Positions 28,143-37,541 of a DNA stretch of 52,782 bases are shown piece after piece. A program made the position numbers and the translations under genes. The DNA is taken from sequence record MT768059.1. One strand, given 5' to 3'. This DNA is from Escherichia phage vB_EcoM_swi3. Below the pieces are notes generated by a model that was not told where the DNA came from, searched no databases, and saw nothing but the letters and a program-made list of their open reading frames with translations. Numbering within the stretch: the stretch's first letter is position 1; every line of letters starts with the position of its first letter.

Positions 28143-29314
28143 TGGGCTCTGTAACTAGCACAGGCTATGTTCCCGTCAAGCTCGACGACTGGATCAGCAG
28201 ATTCGAAACGCTCTTCCGTCGTGTGTACGGCGCGGATATTGATTTGTCAGCTAAGTCTGCTGACGGACAAATGGTTGGTATTCTGGCGCAGATGTTTGCA
28301 GACCAGGACGAGCAAGTTGCAATTCTGTTTTCTATGCTTGACCCTAACCAGGCATCTGGTGTATACGTAGACCAGTTCCTTGCCTACGTAGCGCTTCAGC
28401 GTAAAGGCGAGATGTCAACGCTGTTGACCAGGGTTAAGATTGAAGGTGACCGTAACACTATTATACGTACTCCTTACTACGTAACTGACAGCTCGAATAA
28501 CGTGTACCAGCTTAACTCCACTGTTGCGCTGGATGATAACGGTGTAGTCGAAACAAGCTTCAGTTCTGTTAAGACTGGCCGCTTTGTCGTACTTGCAAAC
28601 GATGAGCTTAAACCACAGACCATCGTTTCTGGTGTGCGTAAAGTTACCAACATGCAAGTGTCGTCTGGCGGCGCGTCCACTGAGCTGGACTCTGAGGCAA
28701 TAGACCGTGCGTATAACTCTTACGGCAAACCTGGCACGAACAGCATAGACGGTATTGTTGCTGAGATTCGTCAGATGACTGATGTTATCGCGTGTAACGG
28801 TTACGAGAACGAAGAAGATACTCGGGACCCGTTAACAGGCTTACCTCCTCACAGTATGCAGATTGTTGTGGATGGTGGTTCGCCTGCTGCTATTGCTGAC
28901 TGTATCTTCCGCCGTAAGACTAATGGCTGTAAGCAGATTGGCACTGTGTCTTATCAGATTACGGATAAGTCAGGTACACAGCGCACAATGAAATGGAGTC
29001 AGCCTACTTATGTTGAGGCTTATGCTTCACTTGTTGTAGCCCGTAAGGAACTGTTTACCGACGTTTCCGAGGAACTTATTAAGAATGCTATTCTGTCCAA
29101 GGTATACAATATCGGTGAAGAGGTATCAACCTACGAACTGGGTCAGCTAATTCAAGAAGCGAATGGCGTAAGCCCTAACTTCTACATCAAGACTTTCTTT
29201 GTGGGTAAATCAGCTAATCCGTCGACAGATACGATTCTGCGTATCACTGCTCTTGAGCGTGCAATATTCGCTGCAGACCGTATCACTATTGCAGTGGTGA
29301 ATGCTGATGGCTGA
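28142..29314 (+). CDS. putative baseplate J-like protein
   Basis: 390 aa; position. Confidence 0.45.
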   Translation: MGSVTSTGYVPVKLDDWISRFETLFRRVYGADIDLSAKSADGQMVGILAQMFADQDEQVAILFSMLDPNQASGVYVDQFLAYVALQRKGEMSTLLTRVKIEGDRNTIIRTPYYVTDSSNNVYQLNSTVALDDNGVVETSFSSVKTGRFVVLANDELKPQTIVSGVRKVTNMQVSSGGASTELDSEAIDRAYNSYGKPGTNSIDGIVAEIRQMTDVIACNGYENEEDTRDPLTGLPPHSMQIVVDGGSPAAIADCIFRRKTNGCKQIGTVSYQITDKSGTQRTMKWSQPTYVEAYASLVVARKELFTDVSEELIKNAILSKVYNIGEEVSTYELGQLIQEANGVSPNFYIKTFFVGKSANPSTDTILRITALERAIFAADRITIAVVNADG

Positions 29315-29960
29315 ATATCATAAACTACTTATTCAACAGTACGCTGATAAACCAAAAGCTGTTGCAACTATTAAGGGCTTCGATGATGCAATTCAAGGTA
29401 TCTGGGACGGCGCCCAACAAGTTGTTGATAGCCTTAATATCGATAAAGCTTTTGGTAAAGGTCTTGATAATGTTGCAGCCCGCGTCGGCGCATCTCGTGT
29501 TCTCAAGAAAGGCGTAGACCGTAAGTTCTTCGGCTTTACTAACAAAGTACCAGACGTACTTGGCTTCGGTGGTTCGTCTGGTAATAAAGGTGGCCCGTTC
29601 TATCGCTACGGCGCATCAGTATGGGACCCGGTAATTCTTGACGACATTGACCTGCGTACTTACATCAAGATGAAAATCTGGAAGAACATGCAAGACGGTA
29701 CTATGCCGTATCTAATTGACTTCCTGATTGAATTCTTCGGAATGAATAACTTCGTTATAACTGACAACGAAGATATGACAATGACTCTGGAGATATACAG
29801 TACTCTGACACCACTTAAGCAAGTGCTGATTCAGAACTACGATATACTTCCGCGCCCCACAGGGGTGAAGATTGAACTTAACACGAGCGTTGACGTCACG
29901 GATAGTCTGTACCGTTACGCTACTGTAAACTTACCAGCACAGGTGAATGTATATGGCTGA
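29301..29960 (+). CDS. putative baseplate protein (gpI-like position)
   Basis: 219 aa. Confidence 0.4.
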   Translation: MLMAEYHKLLIQQYADKPKAVATIKGFDDAIQGIWDGAQQVVDSLNIDKAFGKGLDNVAARVGASRVLKKGVDRKFFGFTNKVPDVLGFGGSSGNKGGPFYRYGASVWDPVILDDIDLRTYIKMKIWKNMQDGTMPYLIDFLIEFFGMNNFVITDNEDMTMTLEIYSTLTPLKQVLIQNYDILPRPTGVKIELNTSVDVTDSLYRYATVNLPAQVNVYG

Positions 29961-31287
29961 TGTACAAACAAGACCCGATAACGACATCTTCGCCAGCTCT
30001 GCGGGTACTGGTGAACTGCTGCCGTTCGGTGACCTTGCTCGTGGCTGGGGTGCTACCCTTGGCTACTCAGAAGGTATTCCTCCTATGGAGTGGTTTAACT
30101 TTATCGGTAACCGTACTGACAAAGGTATCCACTACATCCTTCAGCAGGGTGTTGATATATGGGTAGAAACTGAGACCTACCCGGTTGGTGCACTGGTTAA
30201 AGTTAACGCCGACAATATGCTGTACCGTTGTCTGGTGCAGAACATTAATATGCCACCGTCTGCTAACCCTACTCAGTGGCGCCCTGTACTCGACCTGACT
30301 GCTGCAACTGCTGCAGCACGACAGGTTGGTAAAGCCTCTGGTAACGTAATCCAGGTCGGTGCATTTGGCTTAGGTGGCAACGCTGAGGTAGTTACTAATG
30401 CTAACAGCATTGTAAACGACGGTATCTACCAGCTTCCAGCATCAGGTACTGGCGGACCTACTAACGGCGTTGAGACTGAGATTCTGCATATCAACTGGGA
30501 TGCGAAAAACGCTTCACAGTGGGGACGCACCAAAGGTAAGCGCGTAATAGCCATGCGCGAGAAGGTTAATAATACCTGGGGAGAATGGTCGTACTCTTAC
30601 GGGCCTGATAATAAACCTACTGCCTCTGAGCTGGGTATTAATCAGGACTTCATCCCTATGGATGGTTCTGACTCAATCCGCGGCAACTTAGGTACTGTCG
30701 GCTGGTTACATATTGCACGTACTACTTCCGACTTGCTACGTGCTGCTAACTCCGCCGGAGTAGGTACTGTTGAGTATTCTGGTAACATCGCAGGTGGTAC
30801 TGCTGTTCAGGAGTTGCTGACTTCAGTTTCTGTCGCGGCTAACAGTAATGTTGTCACTGCTGCTCGCTGGGGATCTGTACCCATGTCGCACATCCAGCAC
30901 ATCCTTGTGGCTGGCGGTGCTACACAGATTAACATGGCGGTATGTCGCCCTGGTGGTATTGCCGACCGCCGTACAGTAGCTTTGCAGGTGGATGGTCTTA
31001 ATAGCCGAGTAACTACCACAAATAGCTTTATTTTATGCGAGAATGGTGTTAGAGTATATTCACCTAACAACCCGCAGCCTATCGATACTTCAGCCGGTAA
31101 CGTTCGGGGTATTCGACTCGGCGCTCGTATTGCTGCTGGCGTATCCGAGTCAACGTTCTACCCTGGGCATGTAATGACTGGCTGGCGCTTCGGCAATAAG
31201 AAAGAGCTGCGCGGTGGTACATACTGGTCAGCGCCGTTACAGTATTATATCAACGGCACTTGGATTAACGTAAGCAACGTATCGTAA
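29947..31287 (+). CDS. putative tail fibre protein
   Basis: 446 aa, Gly/Ala/Thr/Ser-rich; followed by two chaperone-like genes. Confidence 0.5.
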   Translation: MYMADVQTRPDNDIFASSAGTGELLPFGDLARGWGATLGYSEGIPPMEWFNFIGNRTDKGIHYILQQGVDIWVETETYPVGALVKVNADNMLYRCLVQNINMPPSANPTQWRPVLDLTAATAAARQVGKASGNVIQVGAFGLGGNAEVVTNANSIVNDGIYQLPASGTGGPTNGVETEILHINWDAKNASQWGRTKGKRVIAMREKVNNTWGEWSYSYGPDNKPTASELGINQDFIPMDGSDSIRGNLGTVGWLHIARTTSDLLRAANSAGVGTVEYSGNIAGGTAVQELLTSVSVAANSNVVTAARWGSVPMSHIQHILVAGGATQINMAVCRPGGIADRRTVALQVDGLNSRVTTTNSFILCENGVRVYSPNNPQPIDTSAGNVRGIRLGARIAAGVSESTFYPGHVMTGWRFGNKKELRGGTYWSAPLQYYINGTWINVSNVS

Positions 31288-31296
31288 AGGTTTATT

Positions 31297-31839
31297 ATGA
31301 CTAAGCATAAGGTGTTCCGTAACTTTACCATGTACCATCCCGAGGTAACAGAAGAGAACGAGAACATTGTAAATGCTGGTGCAATCTTCCTCAAGGATGA
31401 GGAAGGTCGCGACTGGTACAATCTCGCAAAAGAGTTCGCTGTCAAATACGAAGGCGCAACGTTCTTGCAGGTAGATAAGAACGGAGTTGTAATTGCGGCA
31501 CATACCGACCCAACTATGTTCCATCCTGTGGGTTGCGATATGGTTGTAACGTACGACCCGCCTTTCAACATCTTCGAGACTGTTGGCGAATGGCTGTTCG
31601 ACGGTAAAGAGTTTACGCTTAACGCACCAATGATGAAGGAGATTGCTCGTGAGCGTAAAGAACAAGCTCTGTCCATCGCTTCGACCAAGGTCAGTGTTTT
31701 ACGTGACACAGTTGATAGTGGCAATGCTACCGATGAAGAAAAAGAGCTATTTGCTAAATGGCGTGATTACAGGATTGCTGTCAATCGTCTTGACATTAAC
31801 CTTGGTTCCGCTATGGTTGTTCCACCTATGCCGGAGTAA
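31297..31839 (+). CDS. putative tail fibre assembly chaperone
   Basis: 180 aa; paralog of next gene. Confidence 0.45.
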   Translation: MTKHKVFRNFTMYHPEVTEENENIVNAGAIFLKDEEGRDWYNLAKEFAVKYEGATFLQVDKNGVVIAAHTDPTMFHPVGCDMVVTYDPPFNIFETVGEWLFDGKEFTLNAPMMKEIARERKEQALSIASTKVSVLRDTVDSGNATDEEKELFAKWRDYRIAVNRLDINLGSAMVVPPMPE

Positions 31840-31842
31840 ACC

Positions 31843-32346
31843 ATGCAACTGTCATTTTTCAACTTTACAGAATACAACCCACAAAGGACGGCGGAGACAC
31901 TTCCGCTGATTAAGCAAGGCGTTGTATTCATCAAGGATAACAATGGTAATGACTGGCGCAAGCTGGCTAAAGAGCTGGCTAAGAATAAAGAGCTGGTTCA
32001 TTACATTGTTGTGGATAAGTACAATGCTGTTGCCGCGTATGCTAACGATCCTACGCTACTGTTTCCTGTTAATTGCGATTTGCATATTGTTGAGTCTGTC
32101 CCTGTTGCTAAGTTTGCGGATTGCTATTACGAATGGTCGTACGTTAATGGCAAGTTTGTTAAGCACTCTGAACTGCAGAAGGTGATTGCAGAAGAACGCC
32201 TGCAGGAAGAACAGGCTTGGGTTGAAGGACAACTCGACACTGAAGAAGATGAGGAACGTATTATCGCTCTCCATAAATTCCGTGCCGATTTGTTGCTGCT
32301 TGTTATGTCAGATGCGCCGCATATCGACTGGCCTGTACGACCGTAA
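31843..32346 (+). CDS. putative tail fibre assembly chaperone (paralog)
   Basis: 167 aa; shares FxKDxxGxDWxxLAKExA ... VDKxxxV(I/A)A ... DPTxxFPVxCD with 31297..31839. Confidence 0.45.
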   Translation: MQLSFFNFTEYNPQRTAETLPLIKQGVVFIKDNNGNDWRKLAKELAKNKELVHYIVVDKYNAVAAYANDPTLLFPVNCDLHIVESVPVAKFADCYYEWSYVNGKFVKHSELQKVIAEERLQEEQAWVEGQLDTEEDEERIIALHKFRADLLLLVMSDAPHIDWPVRP

Positions 32347-32353
32347 CTAATTG

Positions 32354-32390
32354 CTACCAGCAAGCTTGTGCAGTTGCTGGTAGTGTTTCT
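32354..32390 (+). terminator. rho-independent terminator
   Basis: CTACCAGCAA-(10 nt)-TTGCTGGTAG then T-rich tract. Confidence 0.6.
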
Positions 32391-32414
32391 TTTACGCTTG
32401 AGTCGTGCTATAAT
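32386..32414 (+). promoter_or_regulatory. sigma70-like promoter (TTTCTT-N17-TATAATcc) for lysis cassette
   Basis: Read directly. Confidence 0.45.
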
Positions 32415-32448
32415 CCACTCTGGGTATACAATAAACCGGAGATATGGG

Positions 32449-32709
32449 ATGTTTGACTACAACGACAAGTCTTCCCTTATTGGCCAGTTTGTGGCTTGGG
32501 TAACAATAACAGTAAGTACTTTATCACTAAGTGATTGGGGTACTCTTATCGGTATACTCAGTTCCTTGGTGATGCTGATTGTTGTTACGTATAACCAAAC
32601 ACGGCGAACCAAAATTATGTCGGATTATTACAATCGTAAGAAGCCGATAGAGGATGAAGTCGCATCGAAAGAAGAGGTGTTGCGTGAGTCTGAAATCAGC
32701 AGCGACTAA
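32449..32709 (+). CDS. putative holin
   Basis: ~87 aa from ATG at 32449 with two hydrophobic segments and charged C-terminus; directly upstream of endolysin. Confidence 0.5.
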   Translation: MFDYNDKSSLIGQFVAWVTITVSTLSLSDWGTLIGILSSLVMLIVVTYNQTRRTKIMSDYYNRKKPIEDEVASKEEVLRESEISSD

Positions 32710-32722
32710 AGGAGGTTGTAGC

Positions 32723-33229
32723 GTGCTCGCTATCATCGGGCTTGTATTGTCGATGACAAGTACGCATGTACGTACTAATAAAGAAGGTCTTGAAATAATC
32801 GGTAATGCAGAAGGTTGTATGCGCAACCCGTATGTATGCCCTACTGGTTATTTAACAGTTGGCATTGGTAGCCGCATCTACAGCGATGAGCCCGCTGTAC
32901 GGCGCGAAGGCCTGACAGACCAGGAGATTGCTGACCGCTGGGTCAAGAATATTCAAGAGGCCGAAAAATGTGTTAATGACTGGTTCCACGGTAAAGATAT
33001 GAACACGAACCAGTTCAGCGCCATGACCTCTATGGTATTTAACCATGGTTGCACTAGACTCCGTAAGAACAAGGATGGTTCACCTACCAAAATATATACT
33101 GCTGCTCGTAAACAAAACTGGACTGAAATGTGTAACCGCATAACGGACTGGGATATGGGTGGTAAGTACAGGGGCTTGACAATACGTAAGCAAAAGGAAA
33201 AAGCGCTATGTCTAAAACCGGTGCAATAA
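32723..33229 (+). CDS. endolysin, T4-lysozyme-like (GH24) with hydrophobic N-terminus
   Basis: GTG start after AGGAGG; KEGLE ... YLTVGIG block resembling T4 lysozyme E11/T26 region with a Cys-containing insertion; N-terminal LAIIGLVLSMTS. Confidence 0.7.
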   Translation: MLAIIGLVLSMTSTHVRTNKEGLEIIGNAEGCMRNPYVCPTGYLTVGIGSRIYSDEPAVRREGLTDQEIADRWVKNIQEAEKCVNDWFHGKDMNTNQFSAMTSMVFNHGCTRLRKNKDGSPTKIYTAARKQNWTEMCNRITDWDMGGKYRGLTIRKQKEKALCLKPVQ

Positions 33230-33537
33230 TTGCAGTTATTCTCGGCCTCGCCATTGTGTTCCTGTCTTTGTGGGTACGTGAGCTGAAAGGAGATATTACC
33301 GACCGCGACGGTATAATCAAACAGCTTAACAAGACTAATGGCGAGTTGTCTGCTGCTAATCAAACGCTGATTAATTCTGTAAAGGATGAACGTGAGGCCT
33401 CAGCCAAACGCGCCAGTAAGATAACTGAACTTGAACAACAACTGCGTGATAAGAAGGGTAAATATGACGAAGCGACAAAATATGATTCGTGCGCTAATAC
33501 CGTTGCTCCTTCTGCCGTTCTTGAACTCATGCGCTGA
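33208..33537 (+). CDS. putative i-spanin
   Basis: 109 aa; N-terminal TM segment (AIIAVILGLAIVFLSLWV) then coiled-coil. Confidence 0.5.
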   Translation: MSKTGAIIAVILGLAIVFLSLWVRELKGDITDRDGIIKQLNKTNGELSAANQTLINSVKDEREASAKRASKITELEQQLRDKKGKYDEATKYDSCANTVAPSAVLELMR

Positions 33538-33739
33538 TAAACCTGAAGTTGTTTATGTTGACAGGGTAGTCAAGGTTTATCCGCCTGGTGCGTACCTGGT
33601 TAAATGCCATAAACCTGAATTAACAGGTAACACCTGGAAGGCAATAGGTCAGTTAGCTATTGAACGTGGAACAGCTCTTGATGATTGTGCAGACAAGATG
33701 GACAGCATAATTAACTGGAGTAACAAAGGGGCCGAGTGA
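33464..33739 (+). CDS. putative o-spanin (lipoprotein), overlapping i-spanin
   Basis: Signal-like MTKRQNMIRALIPLLLLPFLNSC with lipobox-like LNSC; starts in +1 frame inside i-spanin. Confidence 0.45.
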   Translation: MTKRQNMIRALIPLLLLPFLNSCADKPEVVYVDRVVKVYPPGAYLVKCHKPELTGNTWKAIGQLAIERGTALDDCADKMDSIINWSNKGAE

Positions 33740-33754
33740 TGGCCCCTTTATTTG
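33728..33754. terminator. rho-independent terminator between convergent blocks
   Basis: GGGGCC-gagtgat-GGCCCC then TTTATTT. Confidence 0.6.
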
Positions 33755-33755
33755 A

Positions 33756-34034
33756 TTAAGCCTGCAGGAAGCCTGGGAACATATCAGCGCGTAAAGCAGC
33801 GCCCTTCAGTAACCAGATTTGGTCTTTAGCCTGTGCAAGCGCATTGTCCTGAGCTACTTGTTTGCCGATGTCTGCATTGAACTCTGCAGGGTCAACACAA
33901 CCAGAAGTACCTACACCTAACTGGAAGCCATCCAGCGTTGCCACACATACAGTTACAGTTGTATTCGGTACCTGCCAGAAATGATACTCCAGTTTATCAA
34001 CAAGAGCATTAACTTCTTTAAAATCTACTTTCAT
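33756..34034 (-). CDS. hypothetical protein
   Basis: 92-aa ORF. Confidence 0.4.
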   Translation of the reverse strand: MKVDFKEVNALVDKLEYHFWQVPNTTVTVCVATLDGFQLGVGTSGCVDPAEFNADIGKQVAQDNALAQAKDQIWLLKGAALRADMFPGFLQA

Positions 34035-34258
34035 TATCGCTTTCCTTTCTTCTCGTTATACTGCGCGCAGGATGCACACAATACTGTACCGGGTAAGAGC
34101 TGACGTCGTTTCTCTTCAATGTCTTCCCCACACTGGTAGCACGTCAGCGGGCTTACGCCTGTGTATCTGACACGGTTCGACAGCGCTGCGTCCCGGGCAA
34201 CTTGCTCAGCTTCAGAAGCCATATCAGTAATGTCCGATGTGCGCATAGTCTCAATCAT
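34034..34258 (-). CDS. TraR/DksA-type C4 zinc-finger protein
   Basis: 74 aa; CxxC ... CxxC (CYQCGEDI ... CASCAQ). Confidence 0.55.
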   Translation of the reverse strand: MIETMRTSDITDMASEAEQVARDAALSNRVRYTGVSPLTCYQCGEDIEEKRRQLLPGTVLCASCAQYNEKKGKR

Positions 34259-34533
34259 TATTTTCCCTCTTCTTCACAATACAGGGTTTCTAATTCATCG
34301 CATAGCTGTTGCGTCCAGTAATCATCCTCACCACGTATCTGGAAGCACAGCACAGGAATATCCTGTCGTAAAATATCGCTCTTGTAAATCTTTTTGGCAA
34401 CAGCTTCTGGTTCTTCCTGGAATATCCTCATAAACCAGTCCAGGCCTGACGTGCAGCCTGAGGCGTCTAGTATCTCCTTCGCCCTTAACTTAAGCGTTTC
34501 ATCTACCTCATACTCTAAACCTATCTTAGACAT
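34258..34533 (-). CDS. hypothetical protein
   Basis: 91-aa ORF. Confidence 0.4.
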   Translation of the reverse strand: MSKIGLEYEVDETLKLRAKEILDASGCTSGLDWFMRIFQEEPEAVAKKIYKSDILRQDIPVLCFQIRGEDDYWTQQLCDELETLYCEEEGK

Positions 34534-34548
34534 ATTATAGACCTTTAA

Positions 34549-36516
34549 TTAGTGTGCCTCTGCCCAGTTACTTTCTATCTTAGCATCAGTAAGAACAGGT
34601 ACACGAAGCGGTAGTACAGTTTCCATGACCCGTACGAAATCATAGAATCCATCTTCTGCTTGCTTACCAGTTGGTAGAGAGAAGTTAAGCTCATCGTGTA
34701 CCGTCAGGCGAGGTACGCCAATCACGTCAAAGTAACCGTCTTCATACCCTTTCAGCATTGCAGACTTCATCTGGTCTGCTGACGACCCTTGCAGCACTCG
34801 GTTGATTGCTTTGTGGGTGTCTGCCAGTTTAATGTTTGGACCATACTCCTGACGTGCTTCTTCAAATGGTAAAGGCGTCTTCCCGAATCCACCACGTTTT
34901 GGTACCCATTTGTTGAACCACGTCTTCCGGCCCATAAATGTTTCTACATACCCCTGGCTATAACATAAATCTTCATAATGCTTCATGGTAGCACCAATGA
35001 ATGGTGCACCCTGATGGTACGCCTTCAGAACAGGTTCTGCTTCTTCAGGCGTCATTGCTAACTTACGGGCAAGAGCATTAAGCATCATGCCGTACAACAA
35101 ACCAAAGTTGATGGTCTTAGCCGGTTTACGCTCTATAACGTGACCTGAGGCTTCCTTGATAATATCGACCATAACATTGTGGTAATCTGCTTCCGGGTTA
35201 GCCGCGAAAATTGCTCGTAACTCATCAGCGCCCGGGCCGACTGCAAAATGCGCCATGAATCGATATTCAATTTGGGCGTAGTCTGCTGATCCCCATCTGT
35301 GTCCGACATCCGGTACGAAACAAGCACGAAGGAGTGGTCCCAGTATTTTGTGTCGAGACGGTATATTCTGCAGATTAGGGTCAGATGAGCTAAACCTACC
35401 ACTAACGGTTCCGCCGTCATCACCGCGCATTTGATGGAATTGACCGTGAAGGAAGCCATTTGTATTCATCCCCAATATATAGCCACGAATAAACGTGGAC
35501 TGGATTTTCTCATAAGACTTAATTTCAGACACCAGTTCCGCAAACGGATGGTGCAAGCCTGCTAAGAAGTCTGCCGTAAACGATGGATTGCCCGCCGCTG
35601 TTCTGAAGTACTCCAGACCTAAATGGTCAAATGCAAGAGCTAAGTCCGGACCTGAGTTAACGTTAATGTTAAAACCAATCTGGTCTTTAATCTGCTGGTG
35701 CATTTTCCTTATTTCAGCGCTAAGCGTATCATCCGCCTCTTTGGCTTTGTCAAGGTCAACACGCACACCTGCAAAACGCATCTTAAGCATTAATGGAATA
35801 AGCTTGCACTCCATATAGAATACGTCTGTTAAACACCAGCGACTTAACAATGGCCACTGGGCTTTGATAATGTGTATTGGTAAGTCGGCGTCAGATTCAG
35901 CATAGTAACCCACAAGACGAGGAGGCGTTTTGTAGATGTACTTTCTGGCTTCACCTGTTGGCTTACAGCCATAAGCATCTGAAATCCATTGGTACATCTC
36001 GGCTGAGTCTTTACCTTCGCCTACATACTTTCGTCCAAGTCCTTCAAGTGCAACACGCGCGCCTGGGTCGAGTAATGCTTCCGCGAATTGTACATCCATG
36101 CACAATCCTTTAACTTCCACGCCTTCTGCTGCAAGCCAGCCCAAGTCATATGTGATGTTAGCACCGACTTTAACTTGGTTAGGTCGCGAGAGTTCGAGCC
36201 GAAGCCAACCAAGTACTTCCTCAGCTGGAAGGTTATCCTCTTCGCCGAGCTCGTGTCTGATTGGGTAGTAAGCTTTGAAGCCGTTGTCCGTAGCGATACT
36301 AACTCCAACGATATGACCCTCCCTCCTGGCCCAACCACTACCATTTGTATCCATCCCTGGGTCGTATGTTTCACAGTCAAGACCGATAATCTTTGCAGAA
36401 GACAAGTCCGGGTAATGCGCGCGCGGCCGCCATCCAGTATCCCTGACGTATGGTATAGGACGGTTGATAGGTTTAACATTCTTTGCACCTTCGAAGCTAT
36501 CGAATAAAAAGCTCAT
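34549..36516 (-). CDS. DNA polymerase, family A, with 3'-5' exonuclease domain
   Basis: 655 aa; exo motif GLDCETYDP; Pol A motif A DYAQIEYR, motif B RKPAKTINFGLLYGM, motif C VHDEL. Confidence 0.9.
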   Translation of the reverse strand: MSFLFDSFEGAKNVKPINRPIPYVRDTGWRPRAHYPDLSSAKIIGLDCETYDPGMDTNGSGWARREGHIVGVSIATDNGFKAYYPIRHELGEEDNLPAEEVLGWLRLELSRPNQVKVGANITYDLGWLAAEGVEVKGLCMDVQFAEALLDPGARVALEGLGRKYVGEGKDSAEMYQWISDAYGCKPTGEARKYIYKTPPRLVGYYAESDADLPIHIIKAQWPLLSRWCLTDVFYMECKLIPLMLKMRFAGVRVDLDKAKEADDTLSAEIRKMHQQIKDQIGFNINVNSGPDLALAFDHLGLEYFRTAAGNPSFTADFLAGLHHPFAELVSEIKSYEKIQSTFIRGYILGMNTNGFLHGQFHQMRGDDGGTVSGRFSSSDPNLQNIPSRHKILGPLLRACFVPDVGHRWGSADYAQIEYRFMAHFAVGPGADELRAIFAANPEADYHNVMVDIIKEASGHVIERKPAKTINFGLLYGMMLNALARKLAMTPEEAEPVLKAYHQGAPFIGATMKHYEDLCYSQGYVETFMGRKTWFNKWVPKRGGFGKTPLPFEEARQEYGPNIKLADTHKAINRVLQGSSADQMKSAMLKGYEDGYFDVIGVPRLTVHDELNFSLPTGKQAEDGFYDFVRVMETVLPLRVPVLTDAKIESNWAEAH

Positions 36517-37511
36517 CAGTCCCCTCTAACATACGCAATTACAACTGTACGAGTTGAGTTTTCCATTTTGAGCGCCTGACTACCCAGTCCTATTCTTTCC
36601 ATGCCTTTAGCCAGTTTACTCATCTGACTAATAACACAGTTGAACGGTTTACTAAACTTAGTCGACTGGAACTTAATGTCGACGGACATCTTTGGAATAA
36701 TCTTATCTGGTAAGTCTGCCTTTGCAGTTGACTCGCCTGTTATCTCCAGAATAGCCTGACCTTCGTCGTACCCAGTAAGCTGGTCCATGACTTCCAGGAA
36801 CTCAGGAGTGATGGCCTGCATATCCATTTCCATATTGAAGAACTTCGATACGTCTGGCCATTTGGCTGCTAGTACCGGAGCATCCATCTGTACACCATCC
36901 GCAAAGCCGAAGAACATCTGGCCGCGGGCGTATCCTACACTTGTGGGTTCCATCTTCAGCTTAACCAGAGCCTCAAGCATTGGTTTGGCTATGGCACATT
37001 CAAATTCAAAATCTACGTTCAACTTCTCGCGTATCATATACTTACCGTTAGTGGCGTAAGCATAACCATCGCGCAGAAGTAAAGATGTCGCCCATACCTG
37101 CGGTGCTTCGTTAGGTACCCACTTGGCTAAGGCAGTTAATACCGGGAGTAATTCGCCATGCGCTGAATACCAGTTGTTAACTGTAGCAAGTGGCGGTATT
37201 GGTTCATTAAGCGCTTGCATTCTTGTTTTAAGTACACCTGCTGTGACTGTGAGGTTTCCAGCGGCTGTAATGTTAAAAGTAATCTGTTCAGTTCTTGCCG
37301 CATTAACGGCCTTACGAAATGATTCAGCATCCACTTGCAGGTCTGGAAATCCTTTACATGGCGCTCGTAGTAATACGTTCTTGTAGTATGAATGGATTGT
37401 TCCGTCTGCAATCCATATTTTGCCCATAAGACCACTATCAGTATACTTGATGGGACGAGCTTGTTGAACGGCAGTCTGTATTTGTTTGGTGTCATAGTTA
37501 AACTTGCTCAT
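36516..37511 (-). CDS. hypothetical protein (replication/modification accessory candidate)
   Basis: 331-aa ORF between polymerase and TS homolog; no motif recognised. Confidence 0.5.
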   Translation of the reverse strand: MSKFNYDTKQIQTAVQQARPIKYTDSGLMGKIWIADGTIHSYYKNVLLRAPCKGFPDLQVDAESFRKAVNAARTEQITFNITAAGNLTVTAGVLKTRMQALNEPIPPLATVNNWYSAHGELLPVLTALAKWVPNEAPQVWATSLLLRDGYAYATNGKYMIREKLNVDFEFECAIAKPMLEALVKLKMEPTSVGYARGQMFFGFADGVQMDAPVLAAKWPDVSKFFNMEMDMQAITPEFLEVMDQLTGYDEGQAILEITGESTAKADLPDKIIPKMSVDIKFQSTKFSKPFNCVISQMSKLAKGMERIGLGSQALKMENSTRTVVIAYVRGD

Positions 37512-37541
37512 AGTATAACGGGGCCGAAGCCCCGCTCCATC

